This document shows, one piece after another, positions 49,126 to 57,070 of a DNA stretch of 64,000 bases. The notes under the pieces were generated by a model. The model was given only the letters and a program-made list of their open reading frames with translations, was not told the origin of the DNA and made no database searches. Every line of letters begins with the position of its first letter. The first letter of the stretch is position 1. Position numbers and translations under genes: made by a program. The DNA is from Candidatus Gorgyraea atricola (GTDB lineage: Bacteria > Omnitrophota > Gorgyraeia > Gorgyraeales > Gorgyraeaceae): NCBI GenBank assembly GCA_030765235.1, contig JAVCCW010000010.1, positions 30,907 to 94,906 of the forward strand, in the 5' to 3' direction.

Positions 49126-50022
49126 CTATAAAAAACTCAGTGCTTTTTTTGATTTAGTATTTAATATTTTGCCAATAAAGCCTCTTGCTCCTGTCATATC
49201 TTTTACTATAGAAGCATAATTAAATTCACTTATGAAAGGAGCTGTATTTATTGCCGCATTACGCAGTCTCTTTGTTTCCTCTTTTGATGGACGGGTTTCC
49301 TTCCAAATATTCTTAATGATTCCTGCAAGATGGGGTGTAAAGTTGCTTCTTATAAAATCTCCCACTTCTTTTTTACTGCGAATTATTGCTGTAATATACA
49401 TTATAACCTCATCTTCATCTAAGCCAAAGAACTCCATTAACTGATAAATCTGGCCAAATGAAGAAGGATCAGATCTAGCTAATTTTTCCCATCTTAAATG
49501 CATTCTTTCATGCCACAGTAAAGACATGACTATTTCTTCTAATGTCCTGTTCCAACTACTAGAATTAACCTCTACTTTTATCCAATCAGGATTTAACACT
49601 TTAGAAGCTTTAAAAAAACATCCATCCCCCTTTTTATATAGCTCTAACAATTTAGATGCCCCTGGCAACCTCAAGGCAGACGCTTTGTTAAGGAGTGACA
49701 ATATCTCTTTATTTTCAACTGAATCTTCTGAGGCTGTTTTTTCTGAAATTGCTAGTGCAGTATTGCTTTCGCTTCCTAAGTTTAATAGCGAGAAAAGCTG
49801 GTCCGTAACCACATAGGTCTTGAAAGGAGAATCTGTACGAACTTGGTGTATTAACTTCTCCTCCGACGGAATACTTGGCGAGTCATTTTTATCATCCTGC
49901 TCGAAATTCAGAGGAACTCTTAGGCAATCTGCGTCGATCGAATACGCTGGATTTGGGCACAAAAATGCTCCTATTAATGTAAATAGCAAGGCTATATGAT
50001 TTACCTTTCTCATATAGATCAT
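49126..50022 (-). CDS. Secreted hypothetical protein (CLRVP motif) with HExxH
   Basis: Signal peptide ..PAYS-IDADCLRVP; LLWHERMH..EDE; AT-rich. Confidence 0.65.
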   Translation of the reverse strand: MIYMRKVNHIALLFTLIGAFLCPNPAYSIDADCLRVPLNFEQDDKNDSPSIPSEEKLIHQVRTDSPFKTYVVTDQLFSLLNLGSESNTALAISEKTASEDSVENKEILSLLNKASALRLPGASKLLELYKKGDGCFFKASKVLNPDWIKVEVNSSSWNRTLEEIVMSLLWHERMHLRWEKLARSDPSSFGQIYQLMEFFGLDEDEVIMYITAIIRSKKEVGDFIRSNFTPHLAGIIKNIWKETRPSKEETKRLRNAAINTAPFISEFNYASIVKDMTGARGFIGKILNTKSKKALSFL

Positions 50023-50026
50023 CTTA

Positions 50027-50291
50027 GCCCAAACAAGGAGGCCTGGGAGCGAATTGAAAATTTAGCCTTTTATGTAGCATTTTGGCGGTTTCTATGGCTC
50101 ATTATATGAGCCCAAAAGGCTGAAAACTGTCCGACACCCACACCTATGGTGTGGGTGGAGTTTTTTCAGTCCCGCCAAAATGCGGAATAAAAGGCGACCT
50201 GTTTCCGAGCCCCGTCCTTTTGGCTAAAAGCCAAAAGGACGGGGCGAGGAGGGAAATTTTCCCCTGAGCTCCCAGGCCTTCTTGTTTGGGC
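50027..50291. repeat. Nested-hairpin repeat element, copy C (inverted)
   Basis: 24-bp terminal IR with one G-T pair; core is the reverse complement of A and B. Confidence 0.9.
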
Positions 50292-50302
50292 GACACAGGT
50301 AA

Positions 50303-52363
50303 TTATCTAAAAATCAATAATAAAGTTCCTAAGAGGAAGAATAATACCGCGGTGGATAGTTTTACCAGGCCTAGGTGTTTCTGCATGAATTTGGAGAAGG
50401 TGGTTGAGGTGGCGCCGAAGAGGCCTAGGATGAATACGGCTATTAGGGGTAGGATAAAGGCTAGGTTGTAGAGTACGAGGTATGCGAATGCGGATATGGC
50501 CTTGCCAGGCATCCTCATTACAAACGCTATAGTGGGGAGATAGACCTGGCCAGTGCAAAAGGATTCAAGGATAGACACCATAAATCCCGCGGTAAACGCG
50601 ACCCATATTATCTTGGCGATATTGTGCTTCTCGCCCCTGAAATCAGAGCCAATGACCGAATGGATCCTCTTCTTAATAGATTCCGGAAGTTTCAATATGA
50701 TACTGCTAGTATCCTTTGTCTTCTTGAATCTAAAATAATCCACAAGGCTCAGGATTCCGAGCAAAATAGCAAGCCCGCCTATCAGAATATTTATAGCAAG
50801 CATTACATAACTAAATCCACTCAATATCTTTAAAAACCTGAAGATCCCCAGGCCAATAAGAAGATACGCGATAAATACAGCCACAGTAAAAGACGCGCCC
50901 GCGAAAAACATCTCACGCCTACGATAACCAACAAACGCAAGAAACGATATAAAGAACACTATAGTCGTAAAAGCGCAGGGATTAACGCCATCGAGCAGTC
51001 CTGCCGCCATAACAGTATATACACTAAAGGATTCAAACTTGGACAGGATAAGTGACTCTGTAGGCGGGTGATATTCAGCGGCCTCGAGAGCTAATTCCTT
51101 GTTTTTTTTTAGAATAGCTGGATCCTCTTCCAGGGCATCGTGTATAACCTCATCCAGCCTGGAAAAGATCTCTTCCTTGCCCATTAAAACATATCCTGAG
51201 ACGATGACCTCAGGCACATAACCGCCTTCTATCCCGTATAGATTCTCGAGCTTAGTCATGTACTCGAAATTTTTCGTAGTGCCTATGTCAAGGTGCTCCA
51301 GCGTGATAGCATCGCCATATTTCTGCTTGATCTCAGGCAATAGTTCCTTTTCTATATCCATGCATGCCTTGCACCCTGCTGTGTAAAAAACAAGGACCTT
51401 TAATGGCCTATCGAAAAGCAATGACCCTACCGCCACAGAGTCCATTTCCTCTATCTTTTGTGACTTCGGCAGCCTTGAGGAAATATCAGCTACTACATTA
51501 ATACCGTCGTATTCTTCCCCTAGCGGCGTAGATTCCCATGTATATGAATGGACTTTACCCTTGTACAGTTTTAGATCTAACCTTCCTATCTTTCTTGAAT
51601 GATAAGAAGTCGGCATGACCAGCGTATCATTTATCTTCATGGGCTCCTGGCTCTGAGCATCCCAGTGCCCGCTAAGTATTACATCTATTCCCTCAACACT
51701 CTTTGCGAGATCTATTGAATATGGCAGGCCCAGATGGCCAAGCACGATAATTACATCTGAGTTAGCCCTTAACTCAGGGATATATTTGGAAATAGTTTTT
51801 TTATTCGACAGTATGTCCAGTCTCTTAGAATTAAGAACGTAACGCTCATTTACAAGCCCGATAATACCCACCCTTAAACCATTCTTCATAGTCTTTATTA
51901 TATATGGCTTTGAAAAGGGCTCTTCTGTATTTTTATCCACTATATTCGCTGATATCAGAGGAAATGACAGGCCGTCCTCTTGCTGTCTTAAGAAAGATTC
52001 TCCTAGAACAAGGTCGCTCTCGCCAATATTCATTACATCATATTTCATGAGCTTCATTGCCTCAAATGAAATAGACGCGTTGCGCGCTACATCTTCTTTC
52101 TTTAGATCCGCTGTAAGCAGAGACACGACATCCCCTACATCTAATAGCAGGACATCATCTACCTTTTTCCTTACCTCAGAGAGATATTCATATCTTCTAT
52201 TAAGGCCGCCAAAATCATCCTTAGGACAATGGCAATTCTCCAGCTCTCCGCGCATATCTCCTGTAAAGACAATAGTGAGTTTCTGGGATCTTGCAAGGCA
52301 GGGCTGCGCGATCAGGATGGCGAATATTAGCGCTAAAATTGTTTTTATCACCTTTTTATGCAT
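50303..52363 (-). CDS. Fusion: UshA-like metallophosphoesterase + thioredoxin-like + CcdA/DsbD-like membrane domain
   Basis: TGDMRG..CHC..GG, DVGD, SGH; CKAC; GLLDGVNPCAF, ESFCTGQVY. Confidence 0.75.
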   Translation of the reverse strand: MHKKVIKTILALIFAILIAQPCLARSQKLTIVFTGDMRGELENCHCPKDDFGGLNRRYEYLSEVRKKVDDVLLLDVGDVVSLLTADLKKEDVARNASISFEAMKLMKYDVMNIGESDLVLGESFLRQQEDGLSFPLISANIVDKNTEEPFSKPYIIKTMKNGLRVGIIGLVNERYVLNSKRLDILSNKKTISKYIPELRANSDVIIVLGHLGLPYSIDLAKSVEGIDVILSGHWDAQSQEPMKINDTLVMPTSYHSRKIGRLDLKLYKGKVHSYTWESTPLGEEYDGINVVADISSRLPKSQKIEEMDSVAVGSLLFDRPLKVLVFYTAGCKACMDIEKELLPEIKQKYGDAITLEHLDIGTTKNFEYMTKLENLYGIEGGYVPEVIVSGYVLMGKEEIFSRLDEVIHDALEEDPAILKKNKELALEAAEYHPPTESLILSKFESFSVYTVMAAGLLDGVNPCAFTTIVFFISFLAFVGYRRREMFFAGASFTVAVFIAYLLIGLGIFRFLKILSGFSYVMLAINILIGGLAILLGILSLVDYFRFKKTKDTSSIILKLPESIKKRIHSVIGSDFRGEKHNIAKIIWVAFTAGFMVSILESFCTGQVYLPTIAFVMRMPGKAISAFAYLVLYNLAFILPLIAVFILGLFGATSTTFSKFMQKHLGLVKLSTAVLFFLLGTLLLIFR

Positions 52364-52381
52364 TATATATAAGTATACCAC

Positions 52382-52420
52382 AAAAAAGGCCCCAATTAAA
52401 GTCTTTGTGGGGCCTTTTTT
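52382..52420. terminator. Bidirectional intrinsic terminator after PKD gene
   Basis: AAAAAAGGCCCCA ... TGGGGCCTTTTTT. Confidence 0.8.
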
Positions 52421-52445
52421 GCAACTATTCGTATTATTGCTTATC

Positions 52446-54995
52446 TTACATTACTTCAATTATAGGAACTGGAGTTGCATTTACTGTGGCCACCAGCGTA
52501 TCAACTGCAGTATTGCACTCAGTACCTGAATCATCCTTAACTGTTAGAACCACTTTATAAAGGCCTATGCCCTTGTAAGCATGCCTTACCTTTGTCCCTT
52601 GCGCAGTTTGGCCATCACCAAAATCCCATGTATACGTAAGGTTATCATTATCTGGATCAAATGAATCTGACGCATCAAATTCAACCTCGTCATTAACGCA
52701 GATCAAAAGATCCCCGCCAGCCTCTGCTACAGGAGGTGTGTTTACGTTAAGGTAATGCACCTTTGTCGAGCCTGAGCAATCTGAATTTTTACCATCATCA
52801 ACAAACAGCGTTGCTTTATAGAGCCCACCCTTTGCATAATTATGCTTTACGTTAGCTCCGCTTTCAGTAGTACCATCGCCAAAATCCCAAACATAATCCA
52901 GCTTATCTCCGTCAGGATCGTTCGATAACGCGCCGTCAAACTTTATCCCCTCGTCAACACAGGCAATGTCCTTAGAGCTTATGTCTGCGGTGGGATTGGA
53001 GTTGACATTCACTGAAATGGCATCTGTCGCGCTTGAACACTCTGCGCCAGCACCATCATCTACCTTAAGAGTAGCATTATAAAGGCCTCCTTTTGCATAC
53101 TGATGAGAGACCTTTTTTCCTCTGGCTGTTTTTCCATCGCCAAAATCCCATAGATAGCTAAGAGTATCCCCGTCATTGTCAAACGACAAAGAGGCATCAA
53201 ACTCTGCCTTCTCTGTCAGGCATATGTTTATATCGTTTCCTGCGTTAGCCATTGGCGCCCTGTTTAAGTTAACAAGCTTTGTCGCAGTTGACTTATTGCA
53301 ATCTGTATAGGTATTGTCGGTAACAAGGAGTTTAGTCGCGTACTCTCCGCCCCTTTCATACCTATGAGTGACTACCTTGCCTTCCTCTGTCTCGCCATCA
53401 CCGAAATCCCAGACATAAGTCAGATTATCATTATCCGCGTCCTTTGACTTTGACGCGTCAAAAGTGACTTCCAGGGGATCATTAGGATCTTTCTTGCACA
53501 ACATTATATCTTTACCCGCGTCAGCGATAGGTGCGGTATTTACTGCTACATTTAATCTATCCACGCCTGTATCGCACATGGTCCCTGAATCATCGACTAC
53601 AGTAAGCGCGACTTGATAATCTCCGCCTTTAGCGTATTTATGAGAGACCTTTACGCCTTCAGCTGTCTCGCCATCGCCAAAATTCCATTTGTATGTCAGA
53701 TTATCTTCGGGACTATCTGTTGACTGTGTGCCATCGAATAGTATCTCTGTATCAACACAGGTCACATTAGGGCCGTCTGCTATAGCGCATGGCGGCTGAT
53801 TGACTTTTACGACCTGCTGAGTCGAAGCTGTATTACAATCCACCTCTGAGGCATCTGTAACTGTCAGCTTGACAAGATATTTTCCAGCATCCTTATAGGT
53901 ATGCATGTTCTTTAACTGTGTGCTGGTAGTACCATCACCAAAATCCCAGAAATACGCAAGGGTCTGATCATCTGGATCGTAAGACTTTGAACCATCAAAT
54001 GTAAATGTATTACATGAAAGCTTTGACTCCATCCATGGCTCTTCCTTTGCCTTAGCCTTAGTAGGCCGCTCAACAAAGACCCTCTTAGGTCCTCCTGCGC
54101 CAGGTGTAAAAAATACAGGAACTGCCGCGCCATCGCCTGTTGTCAGATACATCGCCATGTTTGCATTGGGCTGCCTGTCCTTTGTTATTTCATATACCCA
54201 TCTCTTGCCAGCATCAGATGGCAGAACATCTACTTCAGTATTTGCCCATATGCCGGTCCCAGAACCTTTTATACTGTAAGAACGAGATGCGCTTACGAGC
54301 TCTATATCTCCTCCGGTCGCGTCCAGATCATAATTGTACTCGATTATCTTTGCCGCGTCCGCGGGTATTGCGGGATAAAGCGCCATCTTTGTTCCGCGCT
54401 TCTCTGATAGTCTTAATGAAAGCGCGTAGCTGAATGCCTCCATTGTATCCGGTGATATCTCAAGGGCAAAGACATTGTTGTCATCCCCTGACAGCCCTTC
54501 AGCAACTATCTTAAAATATCTGAAATTTCCTACTTTCTCACCCTTGTCCGCTTCTATAGGAGAAAAGTGATAAAACTTTTTGTCATAGGATTCATCTTCT
54601 CCGAACTCCTGGGAATCCAGAAGCGTACCTTCAAGAAAATCTACGATCTTTGCCTCGCTTATCCCTGCTATGGATGAATACGCTTTCTTTCCGCCAAAAA
54701 TAGAAAAGCGGGTCGAGGTATTCCATTTTCCACTCTTTTCATCAATATAATCACCGACATCAGGATCATAGATGGATATTTCTATGTTACCAGTGTAATT
54801 CTCAGGAACTCTCAAGAATACGACTTGGGGCGCCTTTTTTGCGCCATAACTTTTTCTTCCATCCTCGCCAAAGGTATATAAATACCTGAGCTTACTCTCT
54901 TCTGGTGGTATTCTATAGCAAAGAGCATCCTTTACTATAGCAAAGCTTAAAAACAACACTGATGCGATTATGATATGCAATGTCTTCCTGCACAT
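52446..54995 (-). CDS. Secreted protein with six PKD domains
   Basis: Signal peptide; six W(D/N)FGDG repeats with recurring Cys residues; AAGGAGG RBS. Confidence 0.9.
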   Translation of the reverse strand: MCRKTLHIIIASVLFLSFAIVKDALCYRIPPEESKLRYLYTFGEDGRKSYGAKKAPQVVFLRVPENYTGNIEISIYDPDVGDYIDEKSGKWNTSTRFSIFGGKKAYSSIAGISEAKIVDFLEGTLLDSQEFGEDESYDKKFYHFSPIEADKGEKVGNFRYFKIVAEGLSGDDNNVFALEISPDTMEAFSYALSLRLSEKRGTKMALYPAIPADAAKIIEYNYDLDATGGDIELVSASRSYSIKGSGTGIWANTEVDVLPSDAGKRWVYEITKDRQPNANMAMYLTTGDGAAVPVFFTPGAGGPKRVFVERPTKAKAKEEPWMESKLSCNTFTFDGSKSYDPDDQTLAYFWDFGDGTTSTQLKNMHTYKDAGKYLVKLTVTDASEVDCNTASTQQVVKVNQPPCAIADGPNVTCVDTEILFDGTQSTDSPEDNLTYKWNFGDGETAEGVKVSHKYAKGGDYQVALTVVDDSGTMCDTGVDRLNVAVNTAPIADAGKDIMLCKKDPNDPLEVTFDASKSKDADNDNLTYVWDFGDGETEEGKVVTHRYERGGEYATKLLVTDNTYTDCNKSTATKLVNLNRAPMANAGNDINICLTEKAEFDASLSFDNDGDTLSYLWDFGDGKTARGKKVSHQYAKGGLYNATLKVDDGAGAECSSATDAISVNVNSNPTADISSKDIACVDEGIKFDGALSNDPDGDKLDYVWDFGDGTTESGANVKHNYAKGGLYKATLFVDDGKNSDCSGSTKVHYLNVNTPPVAEAGGDLLICVNDEVEFDASDSFDPDNDNLTYTWDFGDGQTAQGTKVRHAYKGIGLYKVVLTVKDDSGTECNTAVDTLVATVNATPVPIIEVM

Positions 54996-55169
54996 ATGTT
55001 ACCTCCTTGTTTGTTTTTTGTTCCCAATTACTTAATAAGTATTATAAAGTATTTAATCTAACATGTCAACAAAAAAAATAACTATTTTTTAACGTTATTA
55101 TACGATTATAGCTTGTTTTTTACGGTATTTATGGCATACTTTAAGTAGAAACAAGTAAATAATATGGAA

Positions 55170-55323
55170 CGACAAAGGCAAACCACTTGAAAGAGTGGGA
55201 CGTCATGAACCACAGAAGGTTCATGATCCCGTACTTGAGCGAAGCGAATAGTACGGGGCAAAACCACGGGCCCTGAGCAAAGCCAACGAAGTTGGCTGCG
55301 TCGAAGGGTGGCCGGGTTACCGA
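55170..55323 (+). ncRNA. c-di-GMP-I riboswitch variant with inserted hairpins, upstream of rlpA
   Basis: AAAGGCAAACCACTTGAAAGAGTGGGACG ... GCAAAACC ... GGGTTACCGA. Confidence 0.7.
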
Positions 55324-55329
55324 AACCAT

Positions 55330-55716
55330 ATGAAGAAACTCATAATTATAGCACTAACATTATCCCTCTTATCCGTCTTTCCAGGCAATGCTGGCTCAAC
55401 TCACGCTATATATAAAGGTACAGCATCATGGTATTCCCAGACTGATCCTGGAATCTTAGAGACAACTGCCAACATGGAGATCTTTGATGATTCAAAGCTA
55501 ACATGTGCCATGTGGGACCTGCCTTTTAATACCCTTCTAAAAGTCACGAATCTCGATAATAATAAATCTATATATGTAAGGGTAAATGACAGGGGTCCTG
55601 CTAAGAGACTAGTGAATCGTGGCAGGATAATAGATCTCTCAAAAAGGGCATTCTCTTATTTAGACGATCTAGGTAAAGGGTTGATTAAAGTCAGAGTGAA
55701 GATTGTAAAGCTATAA
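55330..55716 (+). CDS. rlpA: RlpA-family DPBB lytic transglycosylase
   Basis: GTASWY, TANMEIFD, LPFNT, VRVNDRGP, RIIDLS. Confidence 0.9.
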   Translation: MKKLIIIALTLSLLSVFPGNAGSTHAIYKGTASWYSQTDPGILETTANMEIFDDSKLTCAMWDLPFNTLLKVTNLDNNKSIYVRVNDRGPAKRLVNRGRIIDLSKRAFSYLDDLGKGLIKVRVKIVKL

Positions 55717-57003
55717 CAACTCTGCGGCAAGGCTGGCTAGACTTGAGCGTTCGTTTTGAATAAGGGAGATGTGGCCAAACATCTCCTGACCTTTCATCTT
55801 CTCAACCGCATAGCTCAGACCATTAGAAGAAGAATCAAGATAGGGACTGTCTATCTGATATGGGTCTCCTGTTAAGATCATCTTTGTGTGATTCCCTGCG
55901 CGGCTGACAACAGTCTTTATTTCATGCGGCGTAAGATTCTGCGCCTCATCCACTATAATAAATTGATTAGGAATGCTCCTTCCTCTCATATATGTCAATG
56001 CCTCTAGCTGCAAAAGATCAGAATCTATTAAATCCTCAATGTGTTCTTTTCTCTTTCTTATGGTCAAGATGTATTCCAGATTATCATAAATTGGCTGCAT
56101 CCAGTTTATAAGCTTCTCTTCCTTTGTGCCAGGAAGGTATCCTATGTCTTTTCCCATAGGTATAACAGGTCTTGAAACAAGAAGCCTCTTGTACGCATGC
56201 TCATCCACTGCCTTCTTTAAGCCAGCTGCCAAGGCCAGAAGTGTCTTCCCAGTACCTGCCTGGCCTACGAGCGTTACTAGCTTCACGCTATCATCCATTA
56301 AAAGATCAAATGCCATGGCCTGCTCTTTATTCCTTGGCTTGATCCCCCAGGCATCGCTTGCCTCAGGCCTTAGAGCCATCGCGCCTTTTTTCTTGTGGCA
56401 AAACCTTGCGAGGGCAGTATGTTTTTCGTTTGTACTGTCTTTCAATAAAACATATTGATTTGGAAATATATCCTTGTCTTTGATCTCTAGAAATTTTTTA
56501 TTATAAAACCTGTCTATATCTTTTCTATCTACCAGGACCTCTTTCCACCCGCTATAAAGCCTGTCCATGTCCACCTTTTGTTTTTCAAAATCCACTGCCT
56601 TTATGCCAAGGGCATCTGCCTTGACTCTTGCGTTGATATCCTTTGATACAAAGACAACTATGGATCCCTTCTGCTGCAGGCTATATGCTGTCATCAGGAT
56701 CTTGTTATCCCTTTCTTCGCGAGAAAGATCAAAAGGCTTTTTTATATCTACATGCATGATTATGCGTAAGAGGCCTCCTCCTTCCAGAGGCACACCTTCA
56801 CCTAATCTGCCTTTTTCTCTCAGCTCATCCAGCATCCTTATGGTAGCACGGGCATTCCTGCCTTTTTCATCGCTATCCTTTTTAAATATGTCCAATTCCT
56901 CTATGACATCAATAGGCAGGACGACCTCGTTATCAGCAAACGATTCTAAGGCACTGGCATTATGAAGAAGTACATTTGTGTCTAATACAAATATCTTTCG
57001 CAT
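55711..57003 (-). CDS. PIN-PhoH family protein
   Basis: VLDTNVLL, DNKIL, SKDIN, GQAGTGKT, GYLPG, RGRS, DEAQN. Confidence 0.92.
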   Translation of the reverse strand: MRKIFVLDTNVLLHNASALESFADNEVVLPIDVIEELDIFKKDSDEKGRNARATIRMLDELREKGRLGEGVPLEGGGLLRIIMHVDIKKPFDLSREERDNKILMTAYSLQQKGSIVVFVSKDINARVKADALGIKAVDFEKQKVDMDRLYSGWKEVLVDRKDIDRFYNKKFLEIKDKDIFPNQYVLLKDSTNEKHTALARFCHKKKGAMALRPEASDAWGIKPRNKEQAMAFDLLMDDSVKLVTLVGQAGTGKTLLALAAGLKKAVDEHAYKRLLVSRPVIPMGKDIGYLPGTKEEKLINWMQPIYDNLEYILTIRKRKEHIEDLIDSDLLQLEALTYMRGRSIPNQFIIVDEAQNLTPHEIKTVVSRAGNHTKMILTGDPYQIDSPYLDSSSNGLSYAVEKMKGQEMFGHISLIQNERSSLASLAAELL

Positions 57004-57011
57004 ATGTTTAC

Positions 57012-57050
57012 AAAAAAATCCCTCAGGAGATTTCTCTCCCGAGGGATTTT
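57012..57050 (-). terminator. Terminator after alginate-export-like gene
   Basis: AAAATCCCTC(G/A)GGAGA stem plus U-run. Confidence 0.8.
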
Positions 57051-57070
57051 GCATTCATGTTGTAATCGAC

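Noticed and set aside
36038-50291. CRISPR array or integron attC interpretation of the repeats
   Set aside because: No regular repeat-spacer periodicity, no cas or intI genes, no RYYYAAC..GTTRRRY ends, and the elements are longer than typical attC sites
52220-52245. Selenocysteine in the UshA-like CxC motif
   Set aside because: Codons are TGC-CAT-TGT; no in-frame TGA
55141-55329. 62-aa minus-strand ORF
   Set aside because: Antisense of the riboswitch and its repeat modules
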